Positions 45,386 through 57,939 of a stretch of DNA of 64,000 nt are shown in pieces (position 1 is the first letter of the stretch; the number at the start of each line of letters is the position of its first letter). A program made the position numbers and the translations under genes. This DNA is from Macrostomum hystrix (taxonomy: Eukaryota; Animalia; Platyhelminthes). The DNA lies in the NCBI GenBank assembly GCA_950097015.1, contig CATNEN010000039.1, positions 8,494,001-8,558,000 of the forward strand, read 5' to 3'. The notes under the pieces were generated by a model, which searched no databases, was not told where the DNA came from, and saw nothing but the letters and a program-made list of their open reading frames with translations.

Positions 45386-48300
45386 TCCCCCATTAACGTC
45401 ATTCTCCCGAATATATTTTTCTCTCCTGCCTCATTCCCACTTAATTTACCTTCTCCTCCCCATTCTCTCTTCTCTTTTTCGTATTGTTTATACATGAGTT
45501 TGGTCTCTTTTCTGGACATCACGCGCCTAATAGCCAGTATATGATTTGCTTGGTTGCAGCGAAGCAGTTTCCAGTTGTTTTCTTTGTCCTAATGGCTCTG
45601 TATATTAGAATTGACTCATAGGTAGCCTCGTTCCACAGTTTTTTAGGATAAACTCTTTGGTTGAGCACGCTCTACTTTTTGTCTGGTGCGGGACTTCCTA
45701 ACTTTTCTCTGTAAACGAAGTTTTTTTCAACAACAAAGCACTCAAGCCGGTGAAATCTTTGCAAGCTTGGGTGCATAGATTGCTCAACTATTTCAATTGT
45801 TTGAGCGCATGCATTCAGACAATAACAAACCAGTTGACTGAGTTTGAAATCCCTGTCTTGTTTTATAGAGCAAAAACCTGGATACAACAATGTTTTGTTG
45901 CATTTTTATGACCCTGGCTACCTTTCAGAGGCGAGATCCAGGATGGTAAAGTTGGCAGAGAGGTCGATGCCGATTGATCGGCCTCTTCGACTTCCTCTTC
46001 TGCTTTTTAAAAAAAATTCTCAGGAAGGGCAGGGAGAATGGAATTGCAGAAGAGCTGAACCCGTGAAGGCATGTGTTGGTGGCAGGCTTGTCAACAAATT
46101 CTGTTTCTGTTCTGCTTGGCAACATTTGGATTTGCAAAAGCAACAAGTGGATTGCCTGTTTTTAAATTCATCTATTTTTTGCAAATTTTGGCCATAATTT
46201 TTTAGGACAAAACCTTTCAATCCACATTGTTTATCAATAAAAAGCATTTTAAAAGCATCTACACTGCTTTCTATAAGCTGGCTAATTTTGGGACTTGTGA
46301 GTAGGCATTGCAGTTCCTCGGGAACAGAATCTTAAATCATAATTTCCCGAGATGCTGTTCTACCTGGGATTGAGGATCCCGGGATTTCAGTCCCGCCATC
46401 CCGGAAATAGTCATTATATTCCCGGAAAAATTAGACATAAATAACATTAAGAAATCAGTAGTTCAAACTTATACTACATAACGACAATAGTTATTTCCCT
46501 AATGAATAAATGCTTTCCGTAAATTTGGCACATTATAATTGTTAAATTCGTATCCGTTTACTGGACAAACTTGTCAAAGGCAAATTAAAATTGAAATTGC
46601 TTGGCTTTGCTTCCAATTCCCACGCTGCCCGATGGTCTAAGCTTCATTTTAGTTTATTTATTGACTGTGTTCTCTGAATTGTGATGTGACTCTAGACAAT
46701 AGGCAAAATTATAGTCTATTACAGTTGAGGAAGTCAGCTGCTTTGAGTGGCCCTGAGATATCCTCTTATTTTGGGATTTATTTGATATCACAACTTCACA
46801 AGTCAACAACATATAAACCGACTTGCGTGATAGCACTTTAGGTTTAGAGAAACATGAAGCATGAATTATGAAAATGGTATTGTTGACCATTTTTTTGCCG
46901 CCAGAATCGGTATCAAATTATTTCACATATTTTTTCACCACTTTAATTGTATATTCTACATGTAGGTCACCGCATGAGGCCCCTCGATACGACGTGGATA
47001 CACACGGGACTCATGCAGCTAAATGCTTTCCTGCTTTTAATGTTGAAATCTGTCTATACGATCTGGCTTGTTTACAGACGGCGCTGGCCCCAGATCCTCA
47101 GTTAAAGCTTACAATTTCACCGCCCATATGGCAGGCTGCAGAGCATTCTGCTCAAACTGAAGCTCTACTTGCTCATTTGATAATTAATAATCTTTCAACA
47201 GCCAACCCACCCTCAGCTAAATCAATGGAACTTGCAGCCGTTTAGAGAGGAGAGGCATTGAGCAATTGTTTATCTACAAGAAATGCTAAATATAGCATCG
47301 TCTGACACGCAAGGCCAATTTCTGCTCTGCTCTGCTCTGCTGTATCGGCCAGTTTGTTGTATGCACGCACTTTGAGCACAATATGAGCACGCTCTTAGTG
47401 TGAGTGTAAATCACAACATGCATAATTATGTTAGGGAGGAATAAAAATGTTTCATCGTCTTCTGAACTAATAAAGACAACTACTTTCACCCTTTCGCTCA
47501 CGAGGTTGGACGTCTGTGGAGATAAGTCTGGTGATATTTAAAAAAATGCTACCTTATTTTCCGACAACCTTCCATCATGTTAAGCCACGGTCTAAACTCA
47601 TCTTGTCAGATCATTAGTTTGAGTCAACATCCGGGGTGTGCTCACAGGTGAGTCAAGGGAGGAGGATGACGTCCTTCCTTTCTTTCTTCTCAGTCTGGCA
47701 TATTAATTGGCACAATTATTGTGTTTCCTGCCTGCCAGCCCTTTGTTTTTGCGATTCCTCTCCGCGTTTTATGGTAATTAAGCTAGGAAAAATACATATT
47801 TTTAGGCTCTCCTTAGTGCAAAACAATCTGCATCTCTGGAGGGCTGCTAAATAATAGATGGCTTCATAGTCTTGAGAAGAGGTGGTTAGCCCAGTGCTGG
47901 CACGTGCCACCAGCAGTGCCGGAGTGGGGTGGGGATGTTGTTTTGACTGACTTTGTCATTTTTCTCCTTGTTTTTTTTCACCATTACCGAGAACAGACAC
48001 AGAGAGGGGCGGGGCGGCGTGGGGTGCAGGGTAATTGGAATGCACCCTGCACCACTCTCTGCTGCAGTGCGGCCACTGTACACTTAGCTGCTGCATGCGA
48101 GTGCCAATGTACACTACATCACTCGCAGCTATCTGAGCCTAAATGAACTGACTGACCAAATACTGACTGACTGTACCCCAGCTGGCGCGTGGGCACGGGG
48201 GGTAGGAGCAGACACGAACGCCCGCCACCTACACCCCCTGTCCTCACCGAAAGCAGTCAGCCTTGGCCTGGTGAGAGAGGAAAATGTCTTGGCGACCAAT

Positions 48301-48781
48301 GCGCCGCGAGCGACCTTAGTGATTTCCTTAACTAGCGCCAACCCCCTATCTGCCGCTGCCCGCGCTGGCCTCTACGGCCTATCTGGCTCTCAGGCCGACA
48401 TTGTTTACACTCGCTCGTCTAATAATAGTGCGTCAGCCCCAGATATGCCCCCTAGCTGCTAACGCGCCTCAGACTGTATGCGACAGGGAGAGAGAGGAAA
48501 TGAGCGAGGGAAGCAGCCTTGTGTTTACGAGTGATGCCATTGGTTAGGAGGGAGAGAGAAGTTTGGAACGAGGCCGTGTATTTTTGCAAAATTACGAGGC
48601 GCCGAGGCGTGCAGCTGCGACCGGGTTGCGCAGCATTTTAAAAACAGAAAAGCAAAACAAGCAGACCTGATTTTTCCTAACTGATACTGGCCTCGCTGGG
48701 AAACTAAAGCCTGCCTGACAGGTCAAGAATTTTGAAATCATTGCTGTTGATATACGGCAAACGAGCTGTACCAACGAAACC

Positions 48782-51016
48782 ATGCCAGATAGTAAGCGCA
48801 GTACATCATCATTAGGCAATGTCCAAGGAGAGAGTACCATCGCATTCGCCTACATTCAAGTCTTGAAGACCGGAAAGAAGCGCTTCTTTGTGCTCAAGTC
48901 GGTGCCGAAAGCCTCTCCATGGGAAATGGAGACAACCAAGCAGCAGCTGGACTACCACCTCTACATGTTCAAGAACGAGAAGGGCTACCAGAAGAGCGAG
49001 CCAAAGCAGGTGTATAACCTTAGCGGCGTAATTTTGCTTGCTCGCTGCAACAAGAAAGACAACAGCACTGTGCTAGGCATTTGCTTTCAGGACGATGCGC
49101 TATTCCTGAAATTCTCATCCGAGGATGAACTGAATCGCTGGTACTTTCACCTATCTGAGATCTACAACGTGAAGCGCAACTGTCGATGGCCTGAGCTGCT
49201 CAACTGTTACAGCGTCACCCTCAAGCCAAGGAGCCTCGCCTCGGTTGACGCCAAACATAGGAAATCGGACCTGGCGGGCCATTACCGATTTTGTCTTACA
49301 GAATCCGCTGTGCTGCTTGTAAAGGACAACCTGCTCAATCCGGAGCTTTGTCTACCGTTTCCCTGCATTCGCAAGCTTGTGGAGTTCGTTAGAAAACCGA
49401 CAAGCTTCCAGATCCACCTCGGCCGTCTGAGCCCCATTGGAGAGGGAGAGCTGCACTTTGAGGTGAGTTGAACCTACCGTTCAAATCGATAATGCAAAAG
49501 ATGAACTCCCTGGCTCTTACTGGAAGCATGTAAGCATGAATGGACCTTTAAATTTCTCAGGTGGACCAGAGCTGTATGCTGAAGGAGCTGACTGAAACTA
49601 TGCTTCGGCGGCTAACGGAAGCCAAGGGTCGCGTCCCGCCGGACGGGGGCAAGCCGAGCAACCGTGGTGCGCGGCGTAGCTCCAAGGACATTACATCGGG
49701 TGCATCGATGCAGCATTCTGATTCGGCTCAGACAGTCCTGCGTCGTGGTAGCAGCATGCGAGTCCCCAAGCAGCCAGGCAACAAGTCGATCAGGTGAGGC
49801 ACAAATAGATTATTAGTTCTGAATGTAGCCTGGATTGATTGGTGGTGGAGCCAAGAATAACACCTCAAACTGTCATCTTCCTAACTGCAGCACCTTCTCT
49901 GAGCGAGCACCCAGCATGACCTACGGGTTTTTATCCGACGGCCAGCGGACGCACAGCCAGCCCTTGGGTGACAGCTTTGATGACTATTGCGACCTGAGTC
50001 GGGACCTGACTAATGAAACTTTGTCGCAGCAGCAGAACACCGAACGCTCGCTAAATTCTTCTAGCTCAATTTCTGGCCACAGCGAGCTGACTGGGGCACC
50101 CGATGGAGCCACTGGAGCTGCAGGTAAATCTCCAGAATGACTTTTCACCACCCTAATGGGTCTTATGTCAAAGTTGGCTTCTTTTGTATTTTCATTTCGC
50201 TCCAGTGTAGCAATAACACAGTTTCGAAAGTTACTTTTTGATAGACTGATTATTGCACACCAAAAAGCTTATGGGACCATGAATCCAATTCTTATTATTT
50301 ACGCTCGCATCTTTTTGATAGAATCAGTAAAAATGCCTAATGTTTGCACTATTTCCTTATGCATCATTATTCCCTTAGATGCTCGGCACAACAGTCAGCG
50401 CAGCCCACCATCGGGCAGTGACGAGTCGAGCATTTCCACTCGAATTGCTAATTGGCGTTTCAACTGTCAAGATTCAGCTCCGCCGGGCCTGGGCTCTAGG
50501 GCCAACAGCATCGGCGACCGTCCGCAGCCCAGCCGTGCTGCCAGCTATCTACCTTCCTCCTATTCGGTGCCGTCAACTTACTACGGCGAGCCATCGCAGA
50601 CCGCTGGTCATCGCGAGAATCGACAGGTCTTTGTCGAATTGAACTTCGTACGACCGCGAACAACCAGCGATGCCTCGCGACACCGTTTCGGTTTTCGCTC
50701 ACGAACTGGATCCCACGGCAATCGCAGCGCGTACCGATTTAACGGTCAGGGGCCAACGCCGCAGGCAGTCGAAGAGGCTCTCGCTAGCTTCGATGAATGC
50801 GACGTGCTCACAGAGGCCGGTCCCAAAGAGGAATCCGACGACTATGTACCGATATTGCTGGGCTCGTCTGCTGTGCAGTCTTCGCCAAGAAGAGAGGTCG
50901 AAGAGGAGACAGGAGAGCTGGAGGACTACTGGATTAGTCCGAGCAGAATGGATGACATGCTCACCACGCCAAATGTTGTGCAGCACCAGCAGCAACCATT
51001 TTCAGTTAAGAACTAA
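48782..51016 (+). CDS. IRS: Insulin receptor substrate (IRS/chico-like; PH + PTB); exons 48782-49462, 49561-49793, 49891-50123, 50379-51016; 594 aa
   Basis: PH: AYIQVLKTGKKRFFVLK..EDELNRWY; IRS-type PTB: VTLKPRSL..LAGHYRFCLT..CIRK..IHLGRLSPIGEGELHFEVD; RPRTTS, RSRTGS and RANSIGDRP phospho-motifs. GT-AG introns join in frame (1785 nt). Confidence 0.88.
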
Positions 51017-53904
51017 ATATCCCAACGCTATATAACTTTCAGTAAGGCTATAAAAACACGACTACTGTGCGTATTATGCGCAATGTCAGCCATTCTTCTC
51101 AATGCTTTTTGCCGCTTTTGAATACTTTAAAATTTATCATTTCAATGCCTCTGTATTCGTTTTTTGCTAATAAAATTTGAACAATAGAATATTCGTTTCG
51201 TATATTCCTGATTTTTCAGCTTTCTGATTCTCTCTGCCGTCAAGCTGTTCCCAAAAATATAACTCGTGCTCAAATATCCAGCTCTAAAAAAGCGCGCTGG
51301 CTATCGAGTATTCACTATAGTATTTCCGCTTGATGTCGTTTTAACAAACTCCAAGCATTTTCACGAACTAATACATTCTTGATCGTAATTTGTGCACATT
51401 TTCTGTTCTTATTAATGTCGTTTAGCGTGAGCCGTGGAACTTTGCAATCAATATAAAGTATAGAAATTAGGACTAGGCTACTCGACAAATTTCATTTGAT
51501 TTTTTCACTGCTTGTTGTGAATTTTTTGTTTGGATGTACAGAACGTTAAACCGTAACGAACTTTCTCCTGTTTCAAAAAGAACTACACTGTTAATTGTGT
51601 ATTGTCCTGACTCAAACTGAGAATATGTGTAAATAAATATAACTAACACTCGTGCTTCTCTGTGTTTTTGCTGTTTGTTCCTCGTAAACTGCGACTCAAA
51701 TTGTACGCTTTTTTTTCAAGTCGTTTTTTCGTAATTTAAAGTGGCAGCTGTTGCTAACTGATTTCAAAGCTTCAATTTTTACCATTAAAAAATCTTAGAA
51801 TACGAAATAGAGATGTTATGTTTTTACTAATCAGATAATAAATGTTACATTCAGATAGAAAAAAAGAAAAAAAAATTTGCACCAATACTATTGAAAACTG
51901 CGAAACGAAAGGTTTGAAACTACTTTTTGGTTTTACTGCGAAATAATTCGACAAGTGCGAAGCGCATGGTTCTCCTGCGCACAGTTGTTTACAGCATTCC
52001 GTTGCGCCAACTAACTAAAAGTGCAATCCAGGTCGGTCCCTAGTGCGTCAAAACACCCTTCACTGCAGCCAGTCCCAGCCCAGACTTTCGACGTAGCTGG
52101 CTGGCGTGAATCTCGGCCAGAAAGAAATCTAGAGACAGAGAGAGACGGCCTCGGGCTAGAGGAGTTTGTGGACTAGAAGAAGAAGTGCACTAGAAGTGAT
52201 TCATCTCCAGTAAGCGGTAAACAGGCTGTCGTTGCGCCGCAGATCTGCCGGCAGAAATTTAGTCCGAAGCAAGCCAAAATCGTTATTAAAAACAACTTCG
52301 GTCGCGACGCGTGACTTGGTGACGTCAAGTGGAGCCCGCAAAATTTATGTAGATCGATAATTCGAAAATGGTTAATTTTCACCCACTGGGGTGTTCAAAA
52401 TCTTGTTTTAGTTAGAATTATGATATTTATTACATATTTCGTTTTCTAAACTTCTTCAGTCATTATACTAGTACAGTAGATTGTCCGATAATTAAAGAGA
52501 CAATCCGAGACAATAATGACAGAATGACAAATTGCAGCAAAAATATTATTTAGTCTCCATGTTATCGCGAACGAGGACTTGGACTCAGCATTCAGCAGAG
52601 CCAAACTGCAGCATGACATCAGTAAGAGCCTATTACATATACAGACCGCTTGTTTGTGCTTGCAATGTCCTTCCAATTCCGCCCACGTACTCGCGTTTGC
52701 GTCACGTACCAGATAAACCTGTCTAATAATTTATGAGCCCTGTACACAAGGAGTTAGTCGCTGTTAAGGCAACAAAAGGTAACTAAACACTGTGAGATTT
52801 GCACTTGAGGACGATAGATGGTTGCTGTCATTACGAGCTTCGGAGATCAGATCCTGTTATGCTCACTGTATTTGTTTTCCTTTGAAATTACAGTCAGCAT
52901 ATTTAATTCAAAACAATTACAGTCGAACTAATCAAGGTAATCGAGCTACCAATCTAACATTTGGCAAGTGTGTCCAATTGGCAAGAGTTTAAAGAGGTCT
53001 CGAAGCACCTTATAAAACTAGATTTACCTGACTGCTGTTCAAAGATTTAGGGTGAGCTGCCCTTATCGCACCGAGGTGGCCTTTAAGTCTTAGCTGGGGC
53101 TAGCCAATTGATATGCCATGTTTACCTGAAATTTCTGAGCTTCGAAGGTCAGCAACTCTTTAGAAACAGCCACCGCATGCACGACCACCCAAGCTTCACT
53201 CCACCTGGCTGTATAAAAACTGGATTCCGCATGCAACAACGACTTGGGCAGAATTAATTACGCAGTGCAAATGCACTAGCGGCACAATGCACTGTGCAGG
53301 CTGGCCGCTTGTAAACAGCAAGAAGTTACAAGGAATGTCACCGATCAGCCCAATGTCTCGTGTTCGTACTGCAAAGAATTCCCCCCGCAACCAGTTCAAG
53401 CTCGTTTCAAATTTAGTCGGTTAGATGACTGGGATCAATAAATTCGTCTGGTTTTCCGCGATCCAACCCTCACGGCTGCAGATTGAGAACTTGTGATCCT
53501 CATTTTTCGGAGAAATTCGAAACTGGATTTGAAAGTAATGAAATTTGAATGAAATTTCAATTTTTTGTTCCTCCAGACGGTTGATCATCACGGGGATTGA
53601 CAAGATTTAGTCGGAATAGTCGCAATTGAGCATCGAACGATGCTCCATTCTCAATATACCACGACTATTCATATTGAATTGCGTCAATGCTCTGATGAAG
53701 AAGGCTATTTATAAAATATTTTTGGACTTGAGATCGTAGAGTGGCTAAAATTGCTAATTAATTTGAGGGCTGCAGCTGCGATATTGCTTCCTCAAATAGC
53801 CAAGCAGGCGTGCAGCGATGTTTATGTTTAATAATAGAATAGCGCAATAGACAAAAGACAATGAAAGAAAACAACATTTCAAGTGCATTTGCATTTGCAT
53901 CTAA

Positions 53905-54214
53905 GGGGTTGTAGCCTTGTGGCAAGAGCGTCGGACTCACGACTTGAAGGTCGGGGGTTCGATTCTCAACTCCACTGGAACAATTTGTGTCCTTTAGCAG
54001 GCCACTTAGCTTCTGCATTACTTCAGTTCACCCAGCTGTTAAATCGGCACCAGCATCAGCTGGGGTAATTGAGGGTTGGGTGTGCCGTCCACCCAGTCCA
54101 TGGACTGAACAGCCGTACGCAGCCACCAGGTGCGCTGCACAATAGCTGCGGCTGTGCCGTCGGCTGCACATCTGGCCCGATAAGGGCAGGTGTAATCAAA
54201 AGTTATTATTATTA
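53905..54214 (+). mobile_element. tRNA-derived SINE family A, full length
   Basis: GGGGTTGTAGCCTTGTGG..GGTTCGATTCT head, CORE-like block, 3' stem-loop, (TTA)n tail. Confidence 0.87.
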
Positions 54215-55123
54215 CAACTATAGTTAGGATAAGTGTATTATTTATGACCTTGCCTGACCGGTAAATACGAATTTGAGCGAAGGCTAAAGCAGACACCTGT
54301 GCGCGCAGCAATTTATAATTAGAGCGAAAAAAGTGCATATGGCCACCCCTGAAGGAGTTTGTGGAATTGTTAGTCTCTCTAGTTTGAACTTTCATGTTAG
54401 GTATGAAGTGGAGGTGAGTGTTATTGTTTACCACAGAAAAGTACCACATGCTTAGTTGGTAATAATATAGTAATAACACGGACAATTATTATCTGATTAG
54501 AAATACAATTTTCTCTGGCCTAGAAAATGTACTATTTGCGGCCATGACTTGAAAATATTTTTTTCGCCTGATTAAAAATATTTCGTGCAGATATAATAAT
54601 TTATTCTGAAATAAAGTGAGAAGGTTTTGTGTATAAGTTTGTGTGCAGCCCGAAAGTAAATATGAAACAGTCCAAAGTCTATTAAAAACAGCATGACGGA
54701 TTTTCTGTGCGATCTCTCTTTACAAACAACAGCAGCTGATACAATAATACTCATTTTTCACTTCAGTCTCAATTTTATTATAGACCGCCAGCCAAATATA
54801 GAACCGATGACACTTGAGCAACTATTTGCAAGTGCTACAAAACACACGCATGAACCAATCTCTGTGCATGAACAACAAACCTGCTATTTTTACCCTTCTG
54901 TGGGCTTCTGACTCAGTTCACCGGTTTCATGTGTACATGCTGCTTGCCAAATGCGCTGTTGACCTACTCCTAAGTAGTATTCTATGAAGAAAGCTCTAAA
55001 TTCAAAGCAAGTTTATTGGAGCCTTTCGATTTAAAGGCTGCTTAAAGACCGGTGGCAAAAACCACCAATATTGGCGTAATATTCTGCTAGAAAAAATCAT
55101 AATGTAGCTATGTCGGCAATCCA

Positions 55124-55489
55124 GGCGGTCGGTGGCAGAGCGGTTAACGCGTTTGCCTCTCGCACCAAGGTCCCAAAGCTCGATTCCACGGCGAGGCCAC
55201 ATTCATTTGGGGCGCAGCCGCTGAGAGAAGGCTTTGGGGGCTTGTCGTGCAATTTACGCCCAGCAATTTAGGCACAGTGAGAGTGTACACTGCCTGACGA
55301 AAAGAAAGCCAGGGCAGATGTACACACCTGTGTGAGCGTATGCCTGCGTACGGTATCTGTGTGCGTGTGTGCTCAGGAGTCAGCGAAATGAGCAGAATTG
55401 CCTCCTCGCTGGCTGCGGGTCTAGTGTCACCAAATGATGGGCCACTGCTCGCAGCCCTCCTGCAATTATTATTATTATTATTATTATTA
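55124..55489 (+). mobile_element. tRNA-derived SINE family B, full length, (ATT)n tail, 16-bp TSD
   Basis: CTATGTCGGCAATCCA at 55108-55123 and 55490-55505. Confidence 0.93.
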
Positions 55490-55573
55490 CTATGTCGGCA
55501 ATCCATCTTGATTATATTGTGTTTATTATATTGTTTATTATTATAATATTGAACCAATATGGACACGCCACAG

Positions 55574-55823
55574 AGCAATGTCAGTTGTCTTTGTCACCAG
55601 GGTCTTCGACAAGAATCGCTGAATATATCGACGATGCTGACGTCGGACGGCTTTGAAAGTAAGTTCATTGTGTAAAGGGCGGAAACTTTTGATCTGTATG
55701 GTGGACTTTAACGAAAATCGGTCATTACGTTTAGGAGCAATCGTGAAGTAGGCAGTGGGTTTTTTGAAATAGCCCCATGGTCTTTCCCCAGACGGAAATA
55801 TATGGCCTCTCTTTCTACTGTCA
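55574..55823. mobile_element. MITE family C single arm
   Basis: Colinear with 37068-37280. Confidence 0.75.
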
Positions 55824-56568
55824 AGCGCTTATTCATACTAGGTTTATTAGAAAATGCGTGATTGAAAGAGAAACATTCAACTCACTGAATCCATTATCAC
55901 CGTCGGGTTACACAGACTATACGAGCGTAGAGCCTCCAAAAGCCACGGATTAGGACAAGTGAGTCGACACTTGAGTTTTTCCTACTTTTGGCTCTACAAA
56001 GGCTTTTTCCGCACCCTAAAATCTTCCTGCTAATGCTGTTAATTATTGTTCACAGTACGAGTACTAAGTAATTTTTAAGCCAGGAAATATAAAAACATTT
56101 ATTATTTGTCTTACAAAGCTCAAAGTCCACCTACCGGGTATTCCTTAGCGCATAGCTGTGCATACCAGCAGCCAGGAGAGAGTAAACCTTTTTAAATATG
56201 ACGCAGAATAGAATATTAAAGTATTTGAATAAAGGCTCAAAAACAAAATATACTACTTATTAGCATATTCTTACTTTGCACGATATCTAAAAAAGTGTTC
56301 TGCTCACAGTTGTGAGCACATATAGCCTGCAGACAATAACGGACAAAGTCGACGGCGTTCATTGTATCATCGTCTCAGGCTGATGATGCAGACAGAAGAG
56401 AGAGACAAAAAGAAGAGAAGAAATATGGAAAGCTTAGGTTAGAAACCGGCTTGCGTGCATAAAAGCAGTTGAGGTCTTGGCAAGGCGAGAGAATATCGCC
56501 AAAACACCAAACCTCTCTTGGTTTTGCATTTTCAATCCAGCGACGTCTGAAAAGCAGCATTTGACGTC

Positions 56569-56814
56569 ATGCCGAAAGCGAAAGCAAGCAGCAAAAAGTC
56601 GGCCGGCAAGAAGCAGGCAGCAGCAACATCAACAGCAGCAGCAGCAGAGTCAGAGAGGCCGTCGTCCGGGATGGCCATCGGTGAATCGGCCACAACGCCG
56701 GTGCCGCCACCACAGAGTCGGCTGACAGGTTACACACGCGTCGACGCTGCCATCGACTCGACCCACAATCTCAGCGATGCGCTGGTGAAGTTTGGATTTG
56801 AAAAAGAGAAGTGA
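56569..56814 (+). CDS. Hypothetical 81-aa protein (Lys/Ala-rich N-terminus)
   Basis: ATG in good context after acceptor ttttcaatccag (56540); GC-rich codons; AATAAA at ~56970; possible upstream donor AA|GTGAGT near 55960. Confidence 0.45.
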   Translation: MPKAKASSKKSAGKKQAAATSTAAAAESERPSSGMAIGESATTPVPPPQSRLTGYTRVDAAIDSTHNLSDALVKFGFEKEK

Positions 56815-57134
56815 CGGAAGGCTGTTTTCAGGCGCAGCTGTGTAGACTGGTTGTAAATACAAAAGCGACAGAAGGACATTGCTGGACTCGGAATTGAATG
56901 GAATTATTAATTCATCATTTTCTTTCTCGAATCCCGGCCGTTGAAAAGCAACCGTTTAGAAAATTTTGTAATAAAAAGTTCGCCACTTTATCACTTTGCA
57001 CGAAAAGAACTGTACGAAAGCTCGGCATGCAAACACACTTAAGGCTGACCGACCAAGAGTTCATTGTTACTTTTCTGTGCTCACATTTTAGTGCTCATTT
57101 TATGATGCTTTAACTTAAAAATTAAGGTTTCAGT

Positions 57135-57188
57135 TTCAGTAGTAGTTAGTAGCAGTAGTAGTAGTAGCAGCAGTAGTAGCAGTAGTAG
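57135..57188. repeat. (AGT/AGC)n microsatellite
   Basis: Directly visible. Confidence 0.8.
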
Positions 57189-57939
57189 ACTCAAGGACCT
57201 GGTGCACTGGCAGGATAAATTGCAGCTTGAAGATATAATTCAATAAACTGCACAAGGCAATCAGGATGCGAAAATTGGCAAACGCAAGCTTAACTTTTGC
57301 TTACTTTTGTTCTTCTATTTAAATTTCTACTTCTTAAATTTGACGCAAAATTAAAATTTTCTAACATGGTTTCGTGCATCGAATACTTTCAGCACATTGA
57401 TAATACTATCGTAGAGAAGACAATAAATGAGGTATGCCAGCATTGAAACTAACATTTAAGACATTTGACACAGCGCCAAGGCCAAGGTAAGTCTGTCATT
57501 ATTTTAAAAGGCGATAGAGCGATAGTACGAAAATACGAGTACAACAGAATCGGTTACTAATAGCCTTACATACTACTAAATCAAAGTGTCGCGTAAGTAG
57601 CAATACTGTACTGATGTCCTTGAATTGCCAAAATTGAGTTGCTGAGGTAAGATAAGTCTGGCTTGAGCTAAAAATGGATGAAGAAAAAACTGTAAATTAA
57701 ACTTTACAGTGCACAAATACCTTCTTAATTGAACCGCGATGTCTCATAAAAAAGGAAGTGATTTAATGCAGTCGTTAAACTTGTTAAGCATTTCTACGAA
57801 ATGTTTTTTTAAATTGAGGACTACCCTGATTCACGAGTCCTTCTTGCTCAATAGTAGATATTTAGTTAAACTTGTGCTTTTAGATGCCTGAAAGAACTAT
57901 TGAAAGTGTTGCAGAAATCGATTGCCTGGTCGTAAACAG

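Noticed and set aside
15278-51016. Functional cluster of the DAF-12-like receptor and IRS (both insulin/dauer-pathway related)
   Set aside because: They are ~30 kb apart with unrelated genes between, and there is no sequence evidence of co-regulation.
52446-53603. Possible small multi-exon gene
   Set aside because: Some coding-like composition and donor sites, but I could not build a coherent reading frame.
55285-55325. Hammerhead ribozyme core (CTGACGA...GAAA) in SINE B
   Set aside because: There is no stem II or III, and the motif pairs within a simple hairpin instead.
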